Origin: Candidatus Cloacimonas sp.
GTDB taxonomy: Bacteria; Cloacimonadota; Cloacimonadia; Cloacimonadales; Cloacimonadaceae
Assembly (NCBI GenBank): GCA_035403355.1
Contig: DAONFA010000001.1
Span: 30,133-94,132 of the forward strand
DNA: 64,000 bases
Direction of reading: 5' to 3'
Within the stretch, counting starts at the first letter, position 1. Each line of letters starts with the position of its first letter. Both the position numbers and the translations under genes were made by a program. This document shows, piece after piece, positions 37,729-46,901 of this stretch. The notes under the pieces were generated by a model. That model was not told the origin of the DNA. It saw only the letters and a list, made by a program, of their open reading frames with translations, and did not search any database.

Positions 37729-38988
37729 CTATAGTTTTAATTGCAGAAAAGGTTCCAGCACGGCAGGCAGATTGATGTTTCCCTCTTCTGTTTGATATGT
37801 TTCCAAAATAGCAATCAGCAAACGCGGAGTAGCAACTCCGGAGCCGTTTAAGGTATGCACATATCTAACTTTTCCGCTTTTATCCTTATAACGGATATTA
37901 GCGCGGCGTGCTTGAAATTCACCAAAAGTGCTAATTGAGCTTACTTCCAAATATTTTCCTGTTCCTGGAGCCCAGACCTCCAAATCGTAGGTCTTTTGAG
38001 AGGCGAAGGATAAATCGCCGGTGCAAAGGGTTACCACTCTATAATGCAAATTGAATGCCTGTAAAATATCTTCCGCATCGCAGAGTATTTGTTCCAGCGC
38101 TTCGGCTGATTTTTCCGGTTCTGTAATATGCACCAATTCTACTTTATTGAATTGATGCAGGCGTTGTAAGCCCCTTGTTTCTTTTCCATAGGAACCTGCT
38201 TCTCTTCTAAAGCAGGGAGTGTAAGCTGCAAATTGTTTAGGCAGGTCTTTATAGGAAAGCACTTCCTCCGCAAAAATATTTGTTACGGGAACTTCGGCAG
38301 TGGGAATCAGAAACAAATCATCTTTTTCAATGCGATACATATCTTCCTCAAGTTTAGGCAGTTGTCCTGTTCCGGTCATCGTTTTTCGGTTTACTGCCAA
38401 AGGAACCATCAATTCAGTGTAATGATGTTTCTGCCGATGAAATTCCAGCATAAAATTGATTATGGAGCGTTCCAGACGAGCCCCCTCACCTGTATAAATT
38501 GGAAAACCGCTACCGCTAATTTTTGCTCCCCGGGGCAAATCCAGCAGGTTATTTTGGATTGCCAGTTCCAGATGGTCTTTGGGAGTAAAGGAAAACTGTT
38601 TTGGTTCCCCCCAAACTTTCACTATCTTGTTGGAGCTTTCATCTCTGCCAACGGGAACATCTTCTTGGGGAATATTGGGAATAGTTAACAGCATTCTTTC
38701 CAGTTTTTCGTTTACAATGCTCAATTGAGCGGAGAGTGCTTTAATTTCTTCCGCGGTTTTGGTCATTGCCTGAAGTTCATTTTCAATGCTTTCCCCGGTT
38801 TTTTTCTTCTGGGCAATAAGGGAAGAAACGCTGTTTTGATGTGCTTTCAGGTTATCAAAGGCAAATTGCAGATCGCGTCTTTGTTCATCAATTTCCAGCA
38901 GAGCATCCAAATCCGCTTTTTCATTTTTATTGCGAATTGCCTGTCTAACGAGTTCTATGTTATTACGGATAAATTTAATATCTAACAT
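37729..38988 (-). CDS. serS: Serine--tRNA ligase
   Basis: 419 aa with an N-terminal coiled-coil arm and a class II core (FRREAGSYGKETRGLQRLHQFNKVE, GSGVATPRLLIAILE). Confidence 0.95.
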   Translation of the reverse strand: MLDIKFIRNNIELVRQAIRNKNEKADLDALLEIDEQRRDLQFAFDNLKAHQNSVSSLIAQKKKTGESIENELQAMTKTAEEIKALSAQLSIVNEKLERMLLTIPNIPQEDVPVGRDESSNKIVKVWGEPKQFSFTPKDHLELAIQNNLLDLPRGAKISGSGFPIYTGEGARLERSIINFMLEFHRQKHHYTELMVPLAVNRKTMTGTGQLPKLEEDMYRIEKDDLFLIPTAEVPVTNIFAEEVLSYKDLPKQFAAYTPCFRREAGSYGKETRGLQRLHQFNKVELVHITEPEKSAEALEQILCDAEDILQAFNLHYRVVTLCTGDLSFASQKTYDLEVWAPGTGKYLEVSSISTFGEFQARRANIRYKDKSGKVRYVHTLNGSGVATPRLLIAILETYQTEEGNINLPAVLEPFLQLKL

Positions 38989-39770
38989 TCTTGTCCTTTA
39001 TTTTTCATTCCGATTTTCACCATTTCCAGAAAATCCTCTTCCTTTAAAGAAGCGCCTCCAATTAAGCCACCATCAATATCTGGGCAAGCTAAAAGTTCCT
39101 CCAGGTTACCTGGTTTGATGCTTCCGCCGTAAAGGATAGAGAGTTCTTCTGCAATTTTTTCGCCATAATTACTTTGCAGCCAGTTCCGAATTAAATTATG
39201 CACTTCCTGTGCCTGGAAAGGACTGGCAGTTTTACCGGTGCCAATTGCCCAAACAGGTTCATAAGCTAACACTATTTCTTTTCCGGTAATTAGGTTAATG
39301 TTTGCCAAACAGCCCGTAAGCTGGCTTAAAATAACTTCCGTCGTTTTGTTTTCTTCCCGCTGTTGCAAGGTTTCTCCAATGCAAACCAGGGGAGTGATTT
39401 GGCTGGCAAAAAGTTTTAATATTTTAGCATTTACGGTGACATCTGTCTCATTATGGTATTGACGGCGTTCAGAATGCCCTACAATACAATATTTCAAACC
39501 CAACGATGCCAACATTGATGCTGAAACCTCTCCGGTATAAGCTCCGTTAGAATAAACGGAAACATCCTGAGCGGCAACCTGCATACAGGAACCGAAAGAG
39601 CCCTTCAATGCCTCATTTAGAAAGGGATAAGCGGGTGCAATTAAAGGAATTACATTATTTAACTCCAGCTCTTTTAACGCTGGAACTACAATTTGCAAAT
39701 AATCCTTTGTTTCCTGTAATCCTTTATTCATCTTCCAGTTACCTGCAATATATATCTTCCGCATTAGCAT
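38982..39770 (-). CDS. tpiA: Triosephosphate isomerase
   Basis: The motifs AGNWKMN, IVGHSERR, AYEPVWAIGTG and YGGS are present. The second ATG at 39764 may be the true start. The gene overlaps the serS start by 7 nt. Confidence 0.95.
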   Translation of the reverse strand: MLMRKIYIAGNWKMNKGLQETKDYLQIVVPALKELELNNVIPLIAPAYPFLNEALKGSFGSCMQVAAQDVSVYSNGAYTGEVSASMLASLGLKYCIVGHSERRQYHNETDVTVNAKILKLFASQITPLVCIGETLQQREENKTTEVILSQLTGCLANINLITGKEIVLAYEPVWAIGTGKTASPFQAQEVHNLIRNWLQSNYGEKIAEELSILYGGSIKPGNLEELLACPDIDGGLIGGASLKEEDFLEMVKIGMKNKGQEC

Positions 39771-39910
39771 ACCTCACTTCTTTCAATCTTTTATATCACT
39801 CAAATTTTACTTTGCATATTAGGTCAAGTATTTTTCTTTTAGCCGGGACTTCTACTTCCGATTTGATAGAAAAACATCGGCAAAAAAGATATTGCAACTG
39901 GAGAGGAGTA

Positions 39911-40185
39911 AATCCCGGAGGGTTGACCTCCTGGTCAACCGCCCTTTGAAATTTATTTCATCACAAAAGAGTTAGCGATAAGGAAATACTTTATTTGTAA
40001 ATAGAACGACAGAAATGCCGTTCTACTGTCAAATCCCGGAGGGTTGACCTCCTGGTCAACCACTCTTTGAAATTTATTTCATCACAAAAAAGTTAGCGAT
40101 AAGGAAATACTTTATTTGTAAATAGAACGACGGAAATGTCGTTCTACTGTCAAATACCGGAGGGTTGACCTCCCGGTCAACCCCC
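39911..40185. repeat. 121-bp tandem repeat x about 2.3 (A hairpin + spacer + AGAACG..CGTTCT hairpin)
   Basis: CCCGGAGGGTTGACCTCCTGGTCAACC starts at 39914, 40035 and 40156. The intervening sequence, including the spacer, is about 95% identical between copies. Confidence 0.9.
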
Positions 40186-40237
40186 CTTTTTTCCTTTTTT
40201 AGGACACCACACTATTCCTTACCATTTCTCATATCAT

Positions 40238-40290
40238 TCCCGTATCGTTCCCATATCGTTCCCGTATCGTGATACGGGAAAGTTATGGGA
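40238..40290. repeat. Inverted copy of the GATACGGGAAC element, ending in a perfect palindrome
   Basis: TTCCCGTATCG TTCCCATATCG TTCCCGTATCG-T-GATACGGGAAAGTTATGGG. Confidence 0.9.
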
Positions 40291-40401
40291 TTGTATTGAT
40301 AAATATAGCGGTTATGGTAATCAAACAAGAAATAGGCATTAACCGGAACAAACAGGAGCCAAAAAAAAGTTATTCTTATTTTTATGTAAGCAACAAAATA
40401 A

Positions 40402-40434
40402 GCGAGGTATCTGCCACTTAAACAGATACCTCGC
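40402..40434 (-). terminator. Rho-independent terminator of wrbA
   Basis: GCGAGGTATCTG-n9-CAGATACCTCGC is a 12-bp stem 24 nt after the stop. On the minus strand it is followed by TTATTTTGTTG. Confidence 0.6.
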
Positions 40435-40457
40435 ATTATAAAATAGTTATCAAGCTT

Positions 40458-41066
40458 CTATTTATGCATTTTTGCCACCAGGGAAGCCACATACCAACCC
40501 TGATACCGTGCACCTTCCAATTCGTTTTCCGAAGGCATTCTGCTGCCATCTCCAACAATTGTGGAAGCGCCATAAGGTGTTCCACCGGAAATCTCATCCA
40601 TAGTTCCCTGACCCTGAAAAGAATAGGGCAGACCTGTAATCAACATACCGTGATGCAGAAGAACGGGATAAAAACCCAAAATGGTGGATTCCTGCCCGCC
40701 ATGCTGAGCCGAAGTGGAGGTAAAAACACTGCCGATTTTACCTGTTAACGCACCTTTAACCCATAAAGAACCGGTTCCATCAATAAAGGTTTTCATTTGT
40801 GAAGGCAAACTGCCAAAACGCGTGGGAAAACCGAAAATAATGGCATCCGCCGTGGTTAAATCGCCAATTTCGGCAACCGGGATGTGAGCAAATGCTTTTC
40901 TTGCTTCTGCAGCACCGATTTTATGCAGAATATCAGAACTCAGCGTTTCCGGAACCTGTTTTATTTCCACTTCCATTCCTTCTACCTTTCTGGCACCTTC
41001 TGCAACCGCTTCCGCCATTTTGTAGATGTGTCCGTAGGCAGAGTAAAAGAGGACTAATACTTTCAT
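40458..41066 (-). CDS. wrbA: NAD(P)H:quinone oxidoreductase, WrbA type (flavodoxin fold)
   Basis: 202 aa with MKVLVLFYSAYGHIYKMAEAV..FGFPTRFG..QHGGQE. Confidence 0.9.
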   Translation of the reverse strand: MKVLVLFYSAYGHIYKMAEAVAEGARKVEGMEVEIKQVPETLSSDILHKIGAAEARKAFAHIPVAEIGDLTTADAIIFGFPTRFGSLPSQMKTFIDGTGSLWVKGALTGKIGSVFTSTSAQHGGQESTILGFYPVLLHHGMLITGLPYSFQGQGTMDEISGGTPYGASTIVGDGSRMPSENELEGARYQGWYVASLVAKMHK

Positions 41067-41100
41067 CTTTGTAAACTCCTTATTCTTTAGCTTTATGGAT

Positions 41101-41128
41101 ATATTAACTGAAAAGTTGCCTTTGGCAA
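41101..41128 (-). promoter_or_regulatory. Sigma-70-like promoter of wrbA
   Basis: On the minus strand: TTGCCA, 16 nt, TAATAT. AAGGAG lies 8 nt before the ATG. Confidence 0.5.
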
Positions 41129-41179
41129 GTTCAGGAATTGTGACGGGGATTATTTAGCGCTAAGGGGCTTTGGGCGAAG

Positions 41180-42205
41180 TTATAGCAGGGCTTTGAGGTC
41201 TAAAATAAAATTCTCTATATGCTTTTCCGTTGTGTTAAAACTGCACATCAGGCGGACTTCGTTTTTTTCCTCATTCCAAGTGTAAAAATGATATTTTTGT
41301 TGCAGGGGTTCTATTATCTGCCGGGGCAAAACTACAAACAGAGAATTAACAGCAACTTCCTGAGTAATAGTTATTTCCGGAATTTTTTGCAAACGCTCTG
41401 CCAATAATTTTGCCATTGCATTTGCAGCCATAGCATTTTTTAGATATAAATCGTCTGTCAGATACGCCTGATACTGAGCTGAAATAAAACGCATTTTGCT
41501 TAAAAGCTGGCTTGCCTGCTTCCGATAAAAACGCATTGCGGAAGTTAGGTCAGGACGAAAACTGATGATTGCCTCGCCACAAAGTAAACCATTTTTGGTG
41601 CCTCCAAAACTTACAATATCCGCAGCAATATCTTTGGTCATTTCTTTTAAGGAACATTTTAAAGCCGCTGCGGCATTAGCCAAACGCGCACCGTCAATAT
41701 GCAAAAACATATCATTTTGATGAGCAAAATCAGCTAATTCCTGCAATTCCTGCAAGGTGTATAAAGTTCCAAATTCTGTGCTTTGCGAAATGGAAATAAT
41801 CTTTGCCTGGGAATGATGTTGATCACGATTTCCTAAGAGATGTGGAGCAATAAGTTTTGGAGTGAGTTTGCCATCCGGGGTTTCAATTGGTTTTAACCGA
41901 CCCTGGGTAAATTTTTGCACGGCACCGCATTCGTCAGTATTGATATGAGCGCTTTGGGCACAAAAAATGGCATTATAGGAATGCATAATTGCCTGCAAAC
42001 ATAATATATTAGCACCTGTTCCAGTAATTACAAACCAGGCATCACAATTTCCTCCGAAAAGTTCTTTAATTTGTTCTAAAACCTTTATAGTTAGCGGATC
42101 ATCTCCATAAGCCGGACAAAAGCCCTCGTTAGCATTTAAGATAGCTGCTAAAACCTGGGGATGTATTCCGCTGTGATTATCTGAGCCAAAACTAACTGAA
42201 TTCAT
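41180..42205 (-). CDS. ltaE: Low-specificity threonine aldolase (beta-eliminating lyase family, PLP)
   Basis: 341 aa with FGSDNHSGIHPQVL..VSFGGTKNG. Confidence 0.85.
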   Translation of the reverse strand: MNSVSFGSDNHSGIHPQVLAAILNANEGFCPAYGDDPLTIKVLEQIKELFGGNCDAWFVITGTGANILCLQAIMHSYNAIFCAQSAHINTDECGAVQKFTQGRLKPIETPDGKLTPKLIAPHLLGNRDQHHSQAKIISISQSTEFGTLYTLQELQELADFAHQNDMFLHIDGARLANAAAALKCSLKEMTKDIAADIVSFGGTKNGLLCGEAIISFRPDLTSAMRFYRKQASQLLSKMRFISAQYQAYLTDDLYLKNAMAANAMAKLLAERLQKIPEITITQEVAVNSLFVVLPRQIIEPLQQKYHFYTWNEEKNEVRLMCSFNTTEKHIENFILDLKALL

Positions 42206-43405
42206 TTATATTACCTCATTTATCTTATTTAGCTTAAGCTTAAGTCGTTCAATGCGTTTATCTACAGCAGCTACTTTTTGGTCATTAACGATTGGACGGC
42301 TAATTAAGTAGGACTTTAATTTTTCGGCATTAACAAGGGCTTCTCCATAGCGGTGATAATATTTTTCCAGAATGATACAGACCTCCTGCAGGGAAACAGG
42401 ACAATTTAAAGAAGCAGCAATATTAAAACACTCATAAGCGGAATCAATGTCCTTTTCCTTTTTATAAATAATGCCCAGGTCACGCAGCACATCTTTATCC
42501 ACAATTCCAAGCGAAAGCATATCTACTAAAATGTTTTTAGCAATGTCTATCCGATTCTGGCTTTGATACAACATTGCCAAGGAATGATAATCAATCCGAT
42601 TGTCCATTCCCCCTGGGGGAGGGTAACTGATACTGTTACAAATAAGAGTAAAAAGAGCAGCCGTATGCAAAATGTCCGTGTGATTATGTAAAAAAACCCT
42701 TTGCATAAGCTCAGGATTGCCATTTAACAAAAAACTGAAATAGGTCTGCGGAATTTCACCTCCTTCAATATCCAGTTCTTTGTCTCTAATTTGACCCAGA
42801 ATGTAAAATTCTATGGTTTCCAGGGCACAGGAAGGAAGCTTGTTTTTCCATAAACGCCGGGCAAGATGAAGTAAATCCAGATGCTCCATTGCCCTTAAAT
42901 TAAGCCAAATTTGATGATACAGCAAACGAGATTCCAACACAGGAACATCAAAGGTCTTACCGTTAAAAGTTATCAGCAAGGACTTTTCGTCTATCAGTTC
43001 TATCAAGCGATCAAAAGAATTTACCTCTGCTTCAGGATCAGGTAAAAAAACCTGCTCCACTATAAAGCTCTCATTTATATAATAACCCAAACCAATCATA
43101 AAAGCAAAAATGCCGTTACTGCGTAATCCGGTGGTCTCCAAATCCAGAAAAAGGATGTCCTCTTTTGTCCGTTCTTTGCTTTTATCCAAATTTGCCCAAT
43201 TGAGAAGAACTTCCGGCAGGATTTCAGGATAAAGAGACAATCCCTCAATTTCTGTTTGCAGAGGATATGCTTTTTTTGTGTAGAAATAGGGGTCTTCCGG
43301 GTGAGCGGAAAATTCACCTTCTATGGAATGTTTTAATGTTTCTCGTAATAATTCTTTCAGTTCTGAGGCGAAAAACTCTCTATCCTGATTCATATCCTGT
43401 ATCAT
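42206..43405 (-). CDS. RNase H-like (YprB-type, exonuclease-fold) domain protein with a C-terminal TPR-like region
   Basis: 399 aa. ILFLDLETTGL is the DEDD-type motif I, followed by LITFNGKTFDVPVL. The C-terminus is helical-repeat. The stop directly abuts the ltaE start. Confidence 0.65.
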   Translation of the reverse strand: MIQDMNQDREFFASELKELLRETLKHSIEGEFSAHPEDPYFYTKKAYPLQTEIEGLSLYPEILPEVLLNWANLDKSKERTKEDILFLDLETTGLRSNGIFAFMIGLGYYINESFIVEQVFLPDPEAEVNSFDRLIELIDEKSLLITFNGKTFDVPVLESRLLYHQIWLNLRAMEHLDLLHLARRLWKNKLPSCALETIEFYILGQIRDKELDIEGGEIPQTYFSFLLNGNPELMQRVFLHNHTDILHTAALFTLICNSISYPPPGGMDNRIDYHSLAMLYQSQNRIDIAKNILVDMLSLGIVDKDVLRDLGIIYKKEKDIDSAYECFNIAASLNCPVSLQEVCIILEKYYHRYGEALVNAEKLKSYLISRPIVNDQKVAAVDKRIERLKLKLNKINEVI

Positions 43406-43511
43406 AATTTTTCCTCTTAAAAAAACCAGGAAGTATAAAGAGGTAGTTTTGTCAAGAGGTCTTGAGGGCGAGAGGTCTTGAGGTCTATGAGGTCTTGAGG
43501 ATTGGATAAAT

Positions 43512-43686
43512 CCCTCAGCCCTCAGCTCTCAGCCCTCAGCTCTCAGCCCTCAGCCCTCAGCCCTCCGCTCTCTGCCCTCAGCCCTCAGCCCTCCGCTCTC
43601 AGCTCTCAGCCCTCAGCCCTCTGCCCTCAGCCCTCAGCCCTCTGCCCTCAGCCCTCAGCCCTCAGCCCTCAGCCCTCAGCCCTCGG
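43512..43686. repeat. 25 tandem copies of a 7-bp unit (CCCTCAG with variants CTCTCAG, CCCTCCG, CCCTCTG)
   Basis: Read directly from the sequence. It is preceded by three GAGGTCTTGAG copies at 43457-43500. Confidence 0.95.
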
Positions 43687-43751
43687 TCTGCTGAAAATCT
43701 CTGGACAAGAACAGCCCTTCCAAGATAATGAATAATAAAGGAACAAAGCAG

Positions 43752-45143
43752 ATGCATAACAAAAAGAAAAAGCAGAAAAATAGTCGTCTTAGAACCAGTT
43801 TTAAAACCTCCATAACGGAAGGTATTTTTGCTCAGATATACGGAAATCTTTCTGCTATCGGTTCTTCCTTCATTGTAAAACTGATGGTGATTTTAGACGC
43901 TTCGCCAATGCATTACAGTTTGCTAAGTGCTATAGGTCAGGTCTCTGCAATTTGGCAACCTTTGGGAGTAGCTGTTACGCATAAACTGAAGGAACATAAA
44001 TCTACCTGTATAATAATAACTGCTGTCGGGCGATTTTTAACCATCTTTTTAGGGCTGTCTTTGCTTTTTAATAATACGCTACACGGTATCTGGTTTGTGC
44101 TTATACTGCTGTTTTTCAGTGCCGGTTTACAATCTTTGGGTGCAAATATTTGGATTGCCTGGATTAGCGATTTGATTCCTCTTTCCCTGCGAGGACGCTT
44201 TTTCTCCAGACGCAATCAAATTTTGGTTGGAATTGGTTTGATAGTTAGCTACCTCGTCAGTTTTCATATAGACCTTTTTGAATCAGCCAAAGGTGCATTC
44301 AAACTTGGTTACATCCACTTCTGGGGAGCGGAAAAATTCTTCCTGCCGCAAAATCAACCCTGGTTTTTAGCCGGGGTCTATGTTTTTGCTTCGCTTATTG
44401 GTTTAATTGGCTTATATTTTCTGAACCGTCAACCGGAAAGTCCTTTGCCTTCTGTTCAGGAACAGCGTTTACGGGAGCGTTATTTTGCCCCTGTGAAAGA
44501 TAAAAACTTCCGTCTGCTGTCTGTTTTTGGAATCTGGTGGATGTTAGCAATTGGCGTTGGCAGTCCTTTTTGGGGACCTTTTATGATGAAGAAACTCTCT
44601 ATGAGTATGTTTGAAATCCAAATCTACAATACTATAAGTGTGTTATCTTCACTTTTGTCTTACCAATTTTGGGGTCGCTTTATAGATAAAAACGGCAATA
44701 AAACGGCTATGCAGATCTGTATTGCTTTGGGTGGATTAAATCCCATGCTCTGGCTGTTTACCAGTCCTGGAAATTATTCTATTCTGTGGCTGGAGGCAAT
44801 TATTTCAGGTTTTATGTGGGCTGGAACAGGAATTATAACTACCAATTTTGTTCTTTCGGTAGCTGAAAAAGGCAAGGAACAGGTTTATTCCGGAATTTAT
44901 GGAGCTATCACAGGATTGGCAATGATGCTTTCTACCCTTGCCTGTGGAATATTTTATCCTTCTCCTTTAACAATTGGCAAAAAGCTGTTGGAGCCGGAAC
45001 AGGTAATTTTCGGAATCGGAGGAATTATGCGCTGGCTAAGTTTTATCCCTTTGTTGTTTGTTGTGGAAAAAAGAACTGTCCCCTTGCCTAAGGCGTTGCT
45101 TTCTCTTTTCCGGAAAAATACAGATAGGTCACTTAAGAAATAG
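43752..45143 (+). CDS. MFS transporter
   Basis: About 12 TM segments with an MFS-like loop (LSLRGRFFSRRNQ). I prefer the ATG at 43752 (AGGA upstream) over 43728. Confidence 0.75.
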   Translation: MHNKKKKQKNSRLRTSFKTSITEGIFAQIYGNLSAIGSSFIVKLMVILDASPMHYSLLSAIGQVSAIWQPLGVAVTHKLKEHKSTCIIITAVGRFLTIFLGLSLLFNNTLHGIWFVLILLFFSAGLQSLGANIWIAWISDLIPLSLRGRFFSRRNQILVGIGLIVSYLVSFHIDLFESAKGAFKLGYIHFWGAEKFFLPQNQPWFLAGVYVFASLIGLIGLYFLNRQPESPLPSVQEQRLRERYFAPVKDKNFRLLSVFGIWWMLAIGVGSPFWGPFMMKKLSMSMFEIQIYNTISVLSSLLSYQFWGRFIDKNGNKTAMQICIALGGLNPMLWLFTSPGNYSILWLEAIISGFMWAGTGIITTNFVLSVAEKGKEQVYSGIYGAITGLAMMLSTLACGIFYPSPLTIGKKLLEPEQVIFGIGGIMRWLSFIPLLFVVEKRTVPLPKALLSLFRKNTDRSLKK

Positions 45144-45150
45144 TTGAACT

Positions 45151-45412
45151 GTTTAAACTTCTATGTCAGGAGAAGAAACGGTCTGTTTTTCCTGTAGCCG
45201 GAGCTCGCTGTAGCTCCGCTCTTGGTTTAAACTTCTATGTCCGGAGGAGGAACGGTCTGTTCTTCCTGTAGCCGGAGCTCGCTGTAGCTCCGCCCTTGGT
45301 TTAAACTTCTATGTCAGGAGGTGGAACGGTCTGTTTTCCTGTAGCCGGAGCTCGCTGTAGCTCCGCTCTTGGTTTAAACTTCTATGTCCGGAGGAGGAAC
45401 GGTCGGTTCTTC
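45151..45412. repeat. 74-bp tandem repeat x about 3.5, each unit being a copy of the DUF975 gene 3' end plus a GGAGCT-cgctgt-AGCTCC hairpin
   Basis: GTTTAAACTTCTATGTC starts at 45151, 45225, 45299 and 45372. The last copy is the real 3' end of the gene at 45374..46024. Confidence 0.9.
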
Positions 45413-46024
45413 ATAAGGGGTCTCAATTATAACCTCAGATCTATCTACTGCTCTAATTTCATGATAGAAAATTGCCTTAGCCGTATAAATATAGCTCCAA
45501 ATCCACAAAAAACCAATTCCGAAAGATAAACACCCCAGTAAAATCCATCCTAAAAAGGAAAGCTCCAACCAAAAGAGCTCCGCTTTATGACCTTTCATCA
45601 TTTCTTTACTGACTCTAATTGCATCATTGGCTGAAAGATTGGGATTATCAGCCATTATGAAAAAAGTCATTGAATAGGCAAATGAGGCAACGATTCCAGG
45701 AATTATCAGCAGTAAAGACCATAAAAAAACATAAATAATTACTAATACTCCAGCTGTAAAACTACGGGCGAAATCTTTAAAACCGGAAAATACCAGTTCC
45801 ACACTAATCTCTTCACCCCGAACCAGTTTCAAAAATACAATGGCTAATCCCAATGTTATAGGTCCTGTAATAAGGAGAGAAATAACCGTTCCAAGAAAAG
45901 GAATTGCAGAAAGCCCTGCATTAAGAATTGCTATAATAAGAATTATTAAAGCACAGGGATTATTCCATTTCCCTTTTAAATACTCTCTGGCATTATAACG
46001 AATTTCAGTATAGGTTAGCATCAT
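45374..46024 (-). CDS. DUF975-family integral membrane protein
   Basis: The N-terminus (YTEIRYNAREYLKGKWNN) is followed by 4-5 TM segments, which is typical of DUF975. Start-codon choice among GTG 46027, ATG 46024 and ATG 46021 is uncertain. Confidence 0.7.
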   Translation of the reverse strand: MMLTYTEIRYNAREYLKGKWNNPCALIILIIAILNAGLSAIPFLGTVISLLITGPITLGLAIVFLKLVRGEEISVELVFSGFKDFARSFTAGVLVIIYVFLWSLLLIIPGIVASFAYSMTFFIMADNPNLSANDAIRVSKEMMKGHKAELFWLELSFLGWILLGCLSFGIGFLWIWSYIYTAKAIFYHEIRAVDRSEVIIETPYEEPTVPPPDIEV

Positions 46025-46558
46025 CACCTCACTTTTTTCTCTATAATTATTAGTTTTTATCCCCTATCTGCTGTCAAGTATTTTCTGCTTGCAGTGCAAA
46101 TTAGATAGCTGAATTGATTATGCTTTCTTACTTATTTTTTCAAATTGTATCACCAATTTTTCAAATCTGCGTTTTTGCTGGTTTGCGATATCACTATTTT
46201 TTCAAATGGATTTCACGACTTTTGTAGATTGGATTTCCAACTTAAACTAGCTGAATAGGTTGCACAGCATCTAATATTATTCTGATCACAATGGATTTTG
46301 TATACTGGAATATCAAGTTTTTTTTAGTAAGTTACATAAAACATTTGCTTGCATTTGATTACGGGTCATCCACTTAGAATTGATTAATCATGAAGACATC
46401 AATTATCTTATGTTATTGATCAATTGTGGGATATCTCACTATTCCTTCTAATCTGTTATTACTTTTTTGTAGATCTTGAATTGAAGAAGTCGAGATACAG
46501 AATTCTTTTTCTGGAGTTATCCAGATTAGAGATAATGTTTGATGTATTTATCTAAAAT

Positions 46559-46846
46559 TTATCTTACGAAAAACAGCCATAAGCCGACTATTGAAGTGCC
46601 ACCTGTAGCACCATCAATTGATCTCTTGACATCATTCATTGTAGCAAATCTGCTGTTATGCTCATCGTATATATCAGTTCCTTTAACTGTTGCAACTTTA
46701 TGGTTATGCTCGTTGTAGATATCACTACCTTTTATAGTTGCAACTTTGTGGTTATGCTCGTCATATATACCCGTACCTTTAATTGAAGCAATTTTGTGAT
46801 TCGATGATGTATACAGATCACTTCCCTTGAATTTGAAACTGGCCAT
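46559..46846 (-). CDS. Small repeat protein: four 16-aa repeats plus a hydrophobic C-terminal tail
   Basis: The RBS AAGGAG lies 7 nt before the ATG at 46846. The 95-aa product contains FKGSDLYTSSNHKIAS / IKGTGIYDEHNHKVAT / IKGSDIYNEHNHKVAT / VKGTDIYDEHNSRFAT. The tail is GGTSIVGLWLFFVR. Confidence 0.6.
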   Translation of the reverse strand: MASFKFKGSDLYTSSNHKIASIKGTGIYDEHNHKVATIKGSDIYNEHNHKVATVKGTDIYDEHNSRFATMNDVKRSIDGATGGTSIVGLWLFFVR

Positions 46847-46901
46847 AATATGCTCCTTTTTGTGATTTAATTCTGTTAATTTACTTGTCAAACTCATACA
46901 T

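Noticed and set aside
43502-43735. 77-aa ORF (SALSSQPSALSPP...) on the plus strand
   Set aside because: It is only the translation of the 7-bp CCCTCAG tandem array. It has no RBS and its composition is purely repeat-driven.
45311-45529. 72-aa plus-strand ORF
   Set aside because: It lies within the 74-bp tandem repeats and is antisense to the DUF975 gene.
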